Below are positions 25,881 through 35,510 of a stretch of DNA of 64,000 nucleotides, in pieces (the stretch's first letter is position 1; the number at the start of each line of letters is the position of its first letter). The stretch is from Gemmatimonadota bacterium. Lineage in GTDB: Bacteria; Gemmatimonadota; Gemmatimonadetes; Gemmatimonadales; GWC2-71-9. A program made the position numbers and the translations under genes. The stretch lies in the NCBI GenBank assembly GCA_016720805.1, contig JADKJZ010000014.1:1053162-1117161 (forward strand), read 5' to 3'. The notes under the pieces were generated by a model. That model worked only from the letters and a program-made list of their open reading frames with translations, did no database searches and was not told the origin of the DNA.

Positions 25881-26816
25881 ATGACCGACGCCCTGCACGT
25901 TCCCGTTCTCCTCGCTCCGATCCTCGCCCGCGCCGAGGGCGCGACGCGTGTCGTGGACGGGACGCTCGGGCACGGGGGGCATGCGGCCGCCTTCCTCGCT
26001 GCCGGTGCGGAGGTGCTCGGCATCGACCGTGACCCCGACGCCATCGCCACGGCACGGGCCCGACTGGGCGACGAGCGGATGCACTACGTCAATGCCCCCT
26101 ACGCCTCCCCCGAGGCCGTGGCTGCGGTGCGTGCCTTCCACCCCGACTTCCTCCTCCTCGACCTCGGCGTGTCTTCTCGGCAGCTCGATGATGAGCGCCG
26201 CGGCTTCACCTTCCGCCCTGGCGCCCCGCTGGACATGCGGATGGGGCCGGACGTCCCGACCGCCGCCGAGTGGCTCGCCTCGGTCGACGAGGCGGAGCTC
26301 AAGCAGGTGCTGCGCGACTACGGCGACGAGCCGAAGGCGGGGCGGATGGCGGCCGAGATCGTCCGTCGGCGGGAGACGAGCGACTTGGTCACCAGCGACG
26401 ACCTGGTCAATGCCATCCGGGCCTCCCTGGGCCCCCGGAGCGGGCCTGGGGACTTCGCCCGGATCTTCCAGGCGGTCCGGATCGCCGTGAACGAGGAGCT
26501 GACCGGACTGGAGGAGGTGCTCCCCCTTTTTCGGGAGGCGGTCGGACCGGGTGGGACCCTTGCGGTGATCAGTTATCATTCGGGCGAGGACCGGTTGGTG
26601 AAGGGGGCGTTCCGGTTGTGGAGCGCCGGCTGCACCTGTCCACCGGGCCTTCCCCAGTGCATTTGCGGGCAAGTGCCCCTTGGACGCTCGGTGCCGCGGA
26701 AGGCAGTGATTGCCGACGACGCGGAGACTCGTGCCAACTCACGCGCCCGGAGTGCCCGGCTCCGCTTCTTCCGGAACAGCGATGCCAGCGACCAATCGCC
26801 AACGCGTGCAGGTTAG
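25881..26816 (+). CDS. rsmH: 16S rRNA (cytosine1402-N4)-methyltransferase
   Basis: 'HVPVLL', 'VDGTLGHGGHA', 'GIDRDPDA', 'LLLDLGVSSRQLD', 'ISYHSGEDRLVK' are RsmH/MraW motifs. ATG at 25881, downstream of the tRNA terminator. Confidence 0.9.
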   Translation: MTDALHVPVLLAPILARAEGATRVVDGTLGHGGHAAAFLAAGAEVLGIDRDPDAIATARARLGDERMHYVNAPYASPEAVAAVRAFHPDFLLLDLGVSSRQLDDERRGFTFRPGAPLDMRMGPDVPTAAEWLASVDEAELKQVLRDYGDEPKAGRMAAEIVRRRETSDLVTSDDLVNAIRASLGPRSGPGDFARIFQAVRIAVNEELTGLEEVLPLFREAVGPGGTLAVISYHSGEDRLVKGAFRLWSAGCTCPPGLPQCICGQVPLGRSVPRKAVIADDAETRANSRARSARLRFFRNSDASDQSPTRAG

Positions 26817-27087
26817 GGGACGCCACTTCGTGCTGGCGTGGACCATCGTCTTCCTGGCCGCCACCGGGGCGATCGTCGTGCGCAGTCGCACCGCGTTCGA
26901 GGCCACCAATCGGATCGGGAAGTTGCAGGAGGAGCGCGATCGGCTGCGCGAGGCCCAGGCGGACTTGCAGTCGCGCATCGCGGCGCTGAAGAGTCGTCCG
27001 GTCCTCGGCCCGAAAGCCGCTGCCCTCGGCCTGCACACCCCGTCCGATTCCGAGAGTGTCTCCCTCCGCGTCGAGCGGGCGCGCTAG
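26782..27087 (+). CDS. ftsL: FtsL-like cell-division protein
   Basis: 101 aa with a single TM (FVLAWTIVFLAATGAIVV) followed by a coiled coil (KLQEERDRLREAQADLQSRIAALK). Position between rsmH and ftsI. Confidence 0.6.
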   Translation: MPATNRQRVQVRGRHFVLAWTIVFLAATGAIVVRSRTAFEATNRIGKLQEERDRLREAQADLQSRIAALKSRPVLGPKAAALGLHTPSDSESVSLRVERAR

Positions 27088-29061
27088 ATGGCGACTCCAG
27101 CGGCACGGCTCGTCGCGGTGCAGACGCTGCTTGTGCTCGGCGGCGCCGTCGTGCTGGGGCGCTCGTTCCAGTTGCAGGTCGTGCAGCATGCCCGGTGGGA
27201 GGCACGTGCCAAGGCGCTGCGCACCGAGAGCGACACCATCGATGCACGCCGCGGGACGATTTTCGATCGCAATGGCGTGCCGCTCGCCGAAACGCAGGAA
27301 GCCTACCGCATCACCCTCGCGAAGAACGAGTTCACCGACAGCGCCCGGATCGTCAAGCAGTTGTTGAAGCTGCCGGGCTTCAGCGCCGAGCGGGTCGCCA
27401 AGGCGATGGCGAAACGCTACCCCAACTTCTATGATGAACTGAGCGCCGAGGAGATTGCCCCGCTACGCGACCTGAAGGGGGTGCACTTCGACGTCGTGCG
27501 GCGCCGTGTCTACCCGCTGGAGCAACTGGCCCGGCCGCTGCTCGGGCGGCTCGACGACAAGGGTCGGGCCTCGGGCGGCGTCGAACGCATGCTCGACACG
27601 GTCCTGACGGGCACGCCGGGGTTGGCGATCTACCTTCGTGACGCCAGCAGCAAGGTGGTCAAGATTCCCAGCTCGATCATCCGTGCGCCGGTGGCGGGCA
27701 AGGATGTCTACCTCACCATCGACAACGCCCTCCAGGGCATCGTCGAGGGCGAACTTCGGCGCGCGGTCGCCGAGTATCAGGCCAAGGGCGGTGACGTCGT
27801 CGTGCTCGACGTGAAGAGCGGCGAGTTGCTCGCGTCGGCCTCGCTGCGGACGGACACCGCCACCGGGCGGCTGGTGCCGAACCTGGGAGCACTCGTGGAG
27901 GCGAATGAGCCCGGATCGACGGCCAAGCTCTTCACCGCCGCCGCCGTGCTGCGCGAGCGCGCAGACACGACACCCGTCTCCGGCGAGGGCGGCATCTGGC
28001 GGATCCCGCTGCCGGGCGGAAAGAGTCGTTCAATCGAAGATGTGCACGCCGAGTCGGGGATGCTGTCGCTCGGAGAGACGATCAAGGTGTCGAGCAACAT
28101 CGGCATCTCGAAGTTCGGGTTGCGCATCACGCGGGAGCAGCAATTCCTGGCGCTGCGGGATTTCGGATTCGGGACGCCGGTGCTGCTCGGCATCCCCGGC
28201 GAGACGACGGGCTCGCTGCGCAATCCGGCGAACTGGGACATTCCCGTCCTCTCGCAACCTTCGATTTCGCAGGGCTACTTCTTCGAGGCCTCGGCGCTGC
28301 AGGTCGCGGCAGCGTACGCCGCGATCGCGAACGGCGGCCGCCTGATGGCGCCGTCGATCGTGCGCGAGGTGCGTGACGGCCGAGACAAGACGGTGCGCTG
28401 GCGCCACACGCCGACCCAGGTTCGTGAGGCGGTGACGCCCGACGTGGCCCATCAACTGATGGCATACCTCCGCCTCGCGACGGATACCGGCGGTTCGGGG
28501 GCGAAGGCCCAGCTGGACCGCGCCACCGTCGTTGGCAAGACGGGTACCGCAAAGGTGCTGGTGCAGGGGCGATACGTTACTGGCGTCTATCGCGGCTCGT
28601 TCGCCGGACTGTACCCGGGCGAAGCACCGGAGGTCGTCGTCTACGTCATGATCGACCGTCCGAGCGGGATGGCGTTCTACGGTGGTCTGGTGGCGGCCCC
28701 GATGGTGCGGAACATCCTGCTGCAATCGCTCGCATCGCGGACGTCGCCGCTCAACCGCCCGAGTATCGAGACGCCGCTCGCCGCGCGGCGCGAGGCCCCG
28801 CTCGTTGTGGCGACCGGTGATCCGACGCGGCAGGTCGGCTTCCCGCTCCCCAAAGCCACGACGACGCCCGCTGGGTCGACCGCCGTGCCGATGGTCCAGG
28901 GACTTCCGGTGCGCGAGGCGATCGTGGCGCTGCATCGGGCCGGCTACCAGGTGCAACTCGCCGGCCGCGCCACGGGATTGGCCCGCCGTACCCTTCCCGT
29001 GGGCGGCGACACGCTGGCGCGCGCCCGCATCGTGACCCTTTACGCCGACTCGATCCCATGA
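27088..29061 (+). CDS. ftsI: Penicillin-binding protein (FtsI/PBP3 class) with apparent C-terminal PASTA domain
   Basis: Transpeptidase motifs 'STAK' (PGSTAKLFT), 'SSN' (VSSNIG), 'KTG' (GKTGTA). The last ~65 aa ('VPMVQGLPVREAIVALHRAGYQVQLAG...') look PASTA-like. Confidence 0.9.
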   Translation: MATPAARLVAVQTLLVLGGAVVLGRSFQLQVVQHARWEARAKALRTESDTIDARRGTIFDRNGVPLAETQEAYRITLAKNEFTDSARIVKQLLKLPGFSAERVAKAMAKRYPNFYDELSAEEIAPLRDLKGVHFDVVRRRVYPLEQLARPLLGRLDDKGRASGGVERMLDTVLTGTPGLAIYLRDASSKVVKIPSSIIRAPVAGKDVYLTIDNALQGIVEGELRRAVAEYQAKGGDVVVLDVKSGELLASASLRTDTATGRLVPNLGALVEANEPGSTAKLFTAAAVLRERADTTPVSGEGGIWRIPLPGGKSRSIEDVHAESGMLSLGETIKVSSNIGISKFGLRITREQQFLALRDFGFGTPVLLGIPGETTGSLRNPANWDIPVLSQPSISQGYFFEASALQVAAAYAAIANGGRLMAPSIVREVRDGRDKTVRWRHTPTQVREAVTPDVAHQLMAYLRLATDTGGSGAKAQLDRATVVGKTGTAKVLVQGRYVTGVYRGSFAGLYPGEAPEVVVYVMIDRPSGMAFYGGLVAAPMVRNILLQSLASRTSPLNRPSIETPLAARREAPLVVATGDPTRQVGFPLPKATTTPAGSTAVPMVQGLPVREAIVALHRAGYQVQLAGRATGLARRTLPVGGDTLARARIVTLYADSIP

Positions 29062-30506
29062 CGCTGCAGGCGCTGGTGGCGGTTCTCCGACAGTTCGATC
29101 TCCTTGTCTCCGCTCCACTCGACGATCCCGCCGTGAGCGGGGTGGCGGTAGACTCGCGCCGCGTCACGCCAGGGACGCTGTTCATCGCGGAGCGAGGCAG
29201 TGACGCGGACGGTCATGCCTACGTCGCCGCTGCCGTCGCCGCGGGGGCAAGCGCAGTGGTGGTCGAGCACTCGATGGGGATCACGGCCCCGGAAATCGTC
29301 GTCACGGACGGTCGCGCCGCGGCCCGTCGTCTGGCGGAGGCGTGGTACCACCATCCGGCGGAGTCCCTTCGCATCGTTGCCGTCACCGGTACCAACGGGA
29401 AGACGACGACCACCGCGTTGGTGCGACACCTCCTCAACGCCGAGGGCACCGCTGGAAGCATCGGCACGTTGGGGGCATTCGACGGTAGCGGGCGGGCGGT
29501 CAGCTCGACGGCGGGCACGCTGACGACTCCTGGTAGTGTCGACATGCAGGCCACGCTGCGGGCGATGGTTGACGCCGGGGTGCGCCATGTCGCGATGGAG
29601 GCGTCCTCCCACGCCCTCGACCAGGGACGGCTCGATGCCATCACCTTCGCCGGCGCGATCTTCACCAACCTGACGCGCGAGCACCTCGACTACCACCACA
29701 CGATGGAGGCCTACCTCGCGGCAAAGCTGCGGCTCGCCGACCTCGTCGCCCCCGATGGTGTCCTCGCCATCAACGCCGATGATCCGGCGTGGTCGTCGTT
29801 GCACGGCGATCGACGGGCAGTGCGCTGGGGCCACGCTGCCGATGCCGACGTCCGCATCGAGGAGTTGGTGGCCCTCACCGCCGGGAGCCGATTCACCCTG
29901 ACCGGCCGCTTCGGCACCGCAGAGGTGGCGATTCCGCTTCCGGGCGAATTCAATGTCGCCAACGCGGTCGGTGCCGCGGCGGTCATGCTCGGCCTCGGCA
30001 TGCCGATGGCCGAGGTCGTGGCGCGGCTTGGCGAGTCGCCGCAGATTCCCGGCCGGATGGAGCGGATCATCGACGCGCCCTTCCACGTGATCCGCGACTA
30101 TGCCCATACCCCCGACGCCTACGAGCGCGTCCTGGCGACCATCCGTCCGCTGACCCCGGGACGGATCATCGTGGTCTTCGGCTGTGGCGGCGATCGTGAC
30201 GGCGGCAAGCGACCCATCATGGGCGAGATCGCGGCGCGTCTGGCCGATCATGTCATCCTCACCAGCGACAATCCGCGGACGGAAGATCCCGATCGGATCA
30301 TCGACGACATCGCGGCAGGGATGCCGAAGGGCTCCTATGAGCGGGAGCTCGACCGCTACATCGCCATCGCGATGGCCACCGGCCAGGCCCGTCCGGGCGA
30401 CGTGGTGCTGCTGCTCGGCAAGGGGCACGAGACCTATCAGGTGATCGGCCACGAGAAGGAGCCGTTCGATGAGCGCGCCATCGTGCTGGGGTTGGTCGGC
30501 CGATGA
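29058..30506 (+). CDS. murE: UDP-MurNAc-L-Ala-D-Glu--2,6-diaminopimelate ligase
   Basis: Mur ligase P-loop 'VTGTNGKTTT' and 'DNPR' (meso-DAP type) in 'LTSDNPRTEDP'. dcw position. Confidence 0.9.
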   Translation: MTLQALVAVLRQFDLLVSAPLDDPAVSGVAVDSRRVTPGTLFIAERGSDADGHAYVAAAVAAGASAVVVEHSMGITAPEIVVTDGRAAARRLAEAWYHHPAESLRIVAVTGTNGKTTTTALVRHLLNAEGTAGSIGTLGAFDGSGRAVSSTAGTLTTPGSVDMQATLRAMVDAGVRHVAMEASSHALDQGRLDAITFAGAIFTNLTREHLDYHHTMEAYLAAKLRLADLVAPDGVLAINADDPAWSSLHGDRRAVRWGHAADADVRIEELVALTAGSRFTLTGRFGTAEVAIPLPGEFNVANAVGAAAVMLGLGMPMAEVVARLGESPQIPGRMERIIDAPFHVIRDYAHTPDAYERVLATIRPLTPGRIIVVFGCGGDRDGGKRPIMGEIAARLADHVILTSDNPRTEDPDRIIDDIAAGMPKGSYERELDRYIAIAMATGQARPGDVVLLLGKGHETYQVIGHEKEPFDERAIVLGLVGR

Positions 30507-31858
30507 GCATCGCGTGGACGGCCGCGCAGGTGTGCGAGGCACTAGGGCTCCCCACTCCCGGATTCGAAGCGCACTACGCCCAGGTCGGGACCGACACCCG
30601 CGCGCTCGTCCCCGGCTCGCTCTTCGTCGCCCTGGTGGGTGAACGATTCGATGCCCATGACTACCTCGAGGCAGCGCGTGACGCAGGCGCCACAGGCGCC
30701 GTCGTGCGGCGGGGCGCGCCGGCGGTCGAGGGGCTGACCCTCTATCCGGTGGACGACACGCTGCATGCCCTCGGCGAGTTGGCCCATGCCCGCCGCGAGC
30801 GGTTCACTGGTCCGGTGATTGCCATCACGGGGCAGAACGGCAAGACGTCGACGAAGGAGATGGTGGCCGCGGTGCTCGCCACGCGCTGGAAGACCCACCG
30901 CACCCGGGCCAACGACAACAACCTCGTCGGCGTGCCGCTCACCGTGCTGCAGGCGCCTGAGGAGACCGAGGCGATGGTGGTCGAGGCCGGCGCCAATGTG
31001 CCGGGCGAGATTCCGCGGTACCGCGAGATCCTCCGGCCCGACATCGCCCTGGTCACCAACGCCGGCGCTGGCCATCTCGAGGGCTTCGGCTCCGTAGCCG
31101 GGGTGGTGAAGGAGAAGCTCTCCCTCACGCGCGACGTGCCGCTGGCGATTGTCGGGCTCGAGCCAGCCGATCTGGTGCCTGGCGCTCGTGCCCTCGCGAA
31201 GCGGGTGATCACGGCCGGGCTCGACGATGCCGACGTCACGCCGACCAGCGTCACGCTCGGTGCCGACGGGCGGCCGATCGTGTCGATCGACGGCCGCACC
31301 TTCCATCTCGCGGCGCGTGGACGGCACCAGGCAGGGAATGCCATGTTCGCCTGGGGCGTGGCCCGCGAGCTTGGGCTGGACCTGGACGCCGTCGCGAAGG
31401 CGCTGGAAGCGTTCACGATTCCCGGCGGCCGCGGCGAATTGAAGCATCACGGGGCGCTGACGGTGCTCAATGACGGCTACAATGCCAACCCGCAGTCGTT
31501 CGCGAGTGTGATCGCCCTCGCGCAGGAGATGCGGGCGGGCAAGACGCTGGTCTTCGTGGCGGGGACGATGCGGGAGTTGGGTGACCACGCCCCGGCACTC
31601 CACGCCGAAGTGGCGGCGCAGTTGGCCGAGCTGCAACCGGAGTTGCTGGCCCTGGTCGGAGAATTTGTGCCGGCCTTCGCGCCCTACCGGGCTGCCTTCG
31701 CCGGTCGGCTGCTCGAGGCCCCCGACGCCGACACGATGGGGCCGCTGCTGGCGGCGCGGTTGAAGGGAGATGAACTCGTGGTGTTGAAGGGTTCTCGCGG
31801 GGTCACCCTTGAGCGTATCCTTCCCGCCATCCTGCCACGCGCCGCCACCACCGCCTGA
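30503..31858 (+). CDS. murF: UDP-MurNAc-tripeptide--D-Ala-D-Ala ligase
   Basis: 'ITGQNGKTSTKEM', 'LNDGYNANPQS'. dcw position after murE. Confidence 0.9.
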   Translation: MSIAWTAAQVCEALGLPTPGFEAHYAQVGTDTRALVPGSLFVALVGERFDAHDYLEAARDAGATGAVVRRGAPAVEGLTLYPVDDTLHALGELAHARRERFTGPVIAITGQNGKTSTKEMVAAVLATRWKTHRTRANDNNLVGVPLTVLQAPEETEAMVVEAGANVPGEIPRYREILRPDIALVTNAGAGHLEGFGSVAGVVKEKLSLTRDVPLAIVGLEPADLVPGARALAKRVITAGLDDADVTPTSVTLGADGRPIVSIDGRTFHLAARGRHQAGNAMFAWGVARELGLDLDAVAKALEAFTIPGGRGELKHHGALTVLNDGYNANPQSFASVIALAQEMRAGKTLVFVAGTMRELGDHAPALHAEVAAQLAELQPELLALVGEFVPAFAPYRAAFAGRLLEAPDADTMGPLLAARLKGDELVVLKGSRGVTLERILPAILPRAATTA

Positions 31859-31864
31859 GGGCCG

Positions 31865-32986
31865 ATGCTCTACCACCTGCTCGCCGGCAAGTCGGGGCTG
31901 CTGTCCAACCTCCTCACCTACATATCGTTCCGCGCCGCGGCCGCCATGGTCACCGCGCTCGGCATCGCGTTTCTGCTTGGTCCGGTGATCATCCGGAAGC
32001 TGCACGCGTTGAAGGTGGGGCAGGTGATCCGCGCCGAGGGACCGGCCAGCCACCAGGCCAAGCGCGGCACGCCGACGATGGGCGGCATCATCATCATCCT
32101 GGCGACGGTGATTCCGACGCTGCTCTTCGCACCGCTCACCAATCGCTTCGTCATCGTGAGTGTGGTGGCGATGCTCTGGTGCGGGGCGATCGGCTTTCTC
32201 GACGACTACCTCAAGGTGGTTCAGGGGCAGTCCCGCGGGCTCGTCGCCAAGTGGAAGTTGACCGGACAGGTCACCTTCGGCGTCTCACTCGGCATCTTGC
32301 TCATTGTCTGGCCGGTGGTCAATCCGGCGATGATTCCCGCCGAGGGAACGACCGTTCCGTTCTTCAAGTATCTGGTGGTCACCTTCGCGCCGTGGTTGTA
32401 CGTCGTCTTCGTCACGGGCGTGGTGACGGGCTTCTCGAACGCCGTGAACCTCACCGACGGGCTGGATGGTCTCGCGACCGGTCTCTCGACCATCGCCGCT
32501 GGCGCCTTCGCCTCCTTCGCCTATGTGCTCGGGCGCGTCGACACCACGGCGTACCTGAACCTCTTCTACCTCCCCGGTTCGGGCGAACTCTCGGTCTTCT
32601 GCGCCGCCCTGATGGGGGCCTGCCTGGGCTTCCTCTGGTTCAACGCGCATCCGGCCAAGGTCTTCATGGGCGACACCGGCTCGCTTGCCCTCGGGGGCGC
32701 GTTCGGCACGGTGGCGATCCTGCTCAAGAGTGAATTCCTGCTGGTCATCATCGGCGGCGTCTTCGTCGCGGAAGCGGTCTCGGTGATGCTGCAGACGTCG
32801 GTGTACAAGTGGAACAAGCGGACCCGCGGCCGGGAGTATGCCGACTCGCACCGCGTCTTCCGGATGGCGCCGCTGCACCACCACTTCGAGAAGTTGGGCT
32901 GGGCCGAGACGACCGTGGTCGTGCGCTTCTGGATTCTCGGGATCTTCTGTGCGCTGGTGGCACTGGCCACCCTGAAGCTGCGATGA
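31865..32986 (+). CDS. mraY: Phospho-N-acetylmuramoyl-pentapeptide transferase
   Basis: 'KRGTPTMGG', 'DDYLKV', 'NAVNLTDGLDGLA', 'GDTGSLALGG', 'APLHHHFE'. Confidence 0.95.
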   Translation: MLYHLLAGKSGLLSNLLTYISFRAAAAMVTALGIAFLLGPVIIRKLHALKVGQVIRAEGPASHQAKRGTPTMGGIIIILATVIPTLLFAPLTNRFVIVSVVAMLWCGAIGFLDDYLKVVQGQSRGLVAKWKLTGQVTFGVSLGILLIVWPVVNPAMIPAEGTTVPFFKYLVVTFAPWLYVVFVTGVVTGFSNAVNLTDGLDGLATGLSTIAAGAFASFAYVLGRVDTTAYLNLFYLPGSGELSVFCAALMGACLGFLWFNAHPAKVFMGDTGSLALGGAFGTVAILLKSEFLLVIIGGVFVAEAVSVMLQTSVYKWNKRTRGREYADSHRVFRMAPLHHHFEKLGWAETTVVVRFWILGIFCALVALATLKLR

Positions 32987-34353
32987 ATCGCTTCGCCGGG
33001 TGGCAAGCGGACGGTCGCGAAGTCGCCGTCGCGGGGCTCGCCAGGAGCGGCGCGGCCGCGGCGCAGCTGCTGCGAGCGCGCGGGATTCCCGTGTATGTCT
33101 CGGATGGCGGGGCAGGGGAGAAGGTAGTCGCGGTCGCCGCAGAGTTGCGCGCGCTGCAGGACCCGCAGCTCGACGTGCAGCTTGGCGCCCATGATCTGGC
33201 ACGGATTGGCCGTTGCGCCGCGCTGATCCTCTCGCCTGGCATCCCGCCGACGGCGGCGGTGGTGCGCGCCGCGGTCGATGCGGGCGTTCCGGTATTGGCC
33301 GAGGCACAACTCGGGCTCGACGCGCTCGCCGGCGTCCCCTACATCGCGGTGACCGGCACCAACGGAAAGACCACCACCACCGCCCTCCTCGAGCACCTGA
33401 TGCAGGCGGCTGGTCGGCATGCCGTCGCGGCGGGCAACATCGGCCTGCCGCTCTCGGACGTCGCGCGGAGCGCCACGCCGCCCGAATGGCTGGCCGTGGA
33501 ACTGTCGTCGTTTCAGTTGCACGATTGTCCCGACCTCATGCCGACGGTGGGGATTCTCACCAACCTCGCGCCCGACCATCTCGATCGCTACCCCGACCTG
33601 GCATCGTATTACGCCGACAAGGCGCGCCTCTTCGCCCGGGCCTCGGGGATGTCCTGCTGGGTGACCAACCTTGATGATCCCGAGTCGCGCCGGATGATCG
33701 CCGCCGTCCCCGGTCGGCATCTGGCCTTTTCGGTGGCGCCTGGTGTCCGCGCCGACGCCTGGTACGACCGTGCCGGCGACCAGTTGATGCTCGCCGGTGC
33801 GCCGTTGTTGCCGCGCGAGGCGTTGCCGCTCCTCGGCGACCACAACGTCGCCAACGTTCTCGCAGCGGCGTTGGCGCTCCACGCCACCGGAATCGGCCAT
33901 GCCGCACTCGCCGACGGCATCCGCACCTTCCGCCCGATGGCGCATCGCCTCGAGCCGGTGCGCGAGGTGGACGGCGTCCTCTGGGTGAACGATTCCAAGG
34001 CGACCAACGTCGCCTCGACCGTCGTCGCGGTGGAGGCGATGCAGCGTCCATTCGTCCTGTTGCTCGGCGGCCGTCACAAGGGAGAGCCCTACACCGCGCT
34101 GCTCAAGCCGTTGGCGGCGCACGGCGTTGCCGTGGTGGCGTATGGTGAGGCGGCGGGACTCATCCAGGCGGACCTCGGCGCCGGCATCCGCGTAGTGCCC
34201 GCCGGAGATTTTGCCGAAGTCATGGCGACGGCACGGGCGCTTGCGCCACGGGGCGGGGCCGTGCTCCTGTCGCCGGCCTGCTCCAGCTACGACATGTTTG
34301 ACCATTACGAACACCGTGGCGGCACCTTCCGCCAGATCGTGGAGTCCTGGTGA
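32983..34353 (+). CDS. murD: UDP-MurNAc-L-alanine--D-glutamate ligase
   Basis: ATGA overlap with mraY. 'VTGTNGKTTTTAL', 'NDSKATNV'. Confidence 0.9.
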   Translation: MNRFAGWQADGREVAVAGLARSGAAAAQLLRARGIPVYVSDGGAGEKVVAVAAELRALQDPQLDVQLGAHDLARIGRCAALILSPGIPPTAAVVRAAVDAGVPVLAEAQLGLDALAGVPYIAVTGTNGKTTTTALLEHLMQAAGRHAVAAGNIGLPLSDVARSATPPEWLAVELSSFQLHDCPDLMPTVGILTNLAPDHLDRYPDLASYYADKARLFARASGMSCWVTNLDDPESRRMIAAVPGRHLAFSVAPGVRADAWYDRAGDQLMLAGAPLLPREALPLLGDHNVANVLAAALALHATGIGHAALADGIRTFRPMAHRLEPVREVDGVLWVNDSKATNVASTVVAVEAMQRPFVLLLGGRHKGEPYTALLKPLAAHGVAVVAYGEAAGLIQADLGAGIRVVPAGDFAEVMATARALAPRGGAVLLSPACSSYDMFDHYEHRGGTFRQIVESW

Positions 34354-35510
34354 GTCCGAACGCGGTACGCCACCCTGGAGAACTGCGCTGGGAGACCAAC
34401 CTCCTCGCGTGCGTGACGCTGACGCTCACCGGCTTCGGCGTCATGAACTGCTACAGCACTGGCAGCTATGTCACACAGTGGCATACCGAGGCGTCACAGC
34501 AACTCTCCGGGGCGCTGATTGGGGGCGTGGCGTTCCTGGTGGCGGCGTACGTCGACTATGGCGTCTGGCGAAAGCTCGCCAAGCCGATGTTCTACGCCAC
34601 GCTCGGCGGTCTGGTCCTGCTGGCGATCGTGTCGCTGATCTGGAAGGGGAAGCAGGCGCCGTCGATCCTCGGCACGCTGTTCCCGTACCGCCTTGGTGCG
34701 CATCGGTGGATCTATGTCGGCGTGCAGGTGCAGGTTTCCGAAATCGCCCGCTTCACCTTGGCCGCATACGTGGCGATGCTGGCGGCTGGGGCCGGGCAGA
34801 AGTTGCGGCATTGGACCACCGGGTTCATGCCGCTCATGGGCGTCGTGATCGGGACCGTCTTGCTGGTCGCGGCCGAGCCGTCGCTGTCGATGTCCGTGGT
34901 ACTGGCGGTCGTGGGTACCATGATCATCTTCACCGCCGGTGCGCGGATCACGCATTTCCTCCCCTTGGTGGCCATCGCCGCCCTGGCGCTCTTTGTCGTC
35001 CTCAAGTTCGACCCGGTGCGTTCCGAACGCATGCAGACCGCGGCCGTCTCGTCGCTGGAATGCAATGCCCGGGATGACCAGTCGTGCAAGTCGCTCATCG
35101 GCTTCGGCAGTGGCGGCATGCTCGGCGTCGGCTTCGGACAGGGAACGCAGCTGCTCGGACACGTCCCACTTGGCTACTCCGACTTCCTGTTGTCGGGCAT
35201 CGGCGAGGAGTGGGGTTTTCTGGGGATCGTCTTCATCGTTCTGGGCTTCGGGCTCTTCTGCTGGCTGGGATTCCGAATCTCGCGGACCGCGCGAGATCCG
35301 TTCGGGACGTACCTCGCGGCGGGTCTCACCATTCCCGTCGGCGTGACCGCGCTCGCGCATGCGGCGGTTGTCACGCGCATGGGACCGGTGACCGGCTTGA
35401 CACTGCCGTTCATGTCCGCGGGGCGGGTGTCGCTGATTCTGTACCTCTTCTCCGCCGGAGTCCTCGTCAACATCGGACGGCGACGCGGGCGGCCCGCGCG
35501 GCAAACGTGA
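34350..35510 (+). CDS. ftsW: SEDS-family peptidoglycan polymerase FtsW
   Basis: Polytopic membrane protein, 'SEIARF', 'GFGQGTQ...LP..YSDFL', 'GEEWGF'. dcw position. Confidence 0.9.
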   Translation: MSPNAVRHPGELRWETNLLACVTLTLTGFGVMNCYSTGSYVTQWHTEASQQLSGALIGGVAFLVAAYVDYGVWRKLAKPMFYATLGGLVLLAIVSLIWKGKQAPSILGTLFPYRLGAHRWIYVGVQVQVSEIARFTLAAYVAMLAAGAGQKLRHWTTGFMPLMGVVIGTVLLVAAEPSLSMSVVLAVVGTMIIFTAGARITHFLPLVAIAALALFVVLKFDPVRSERMQTAAVSSLECNARDDQSCKSLIGFGSGGMLGVGFGQGTQLLGHVPLGYSDFLLSGIGEEWGFLGIVFIVLGFGLFCWLGFRISRTARDPFGTYLAAGLTIPVGVTALAHAAVVTRMGPVTGLTLPFMSAGRVSLILYLFSAGVLVNIGRRRGRPARQT

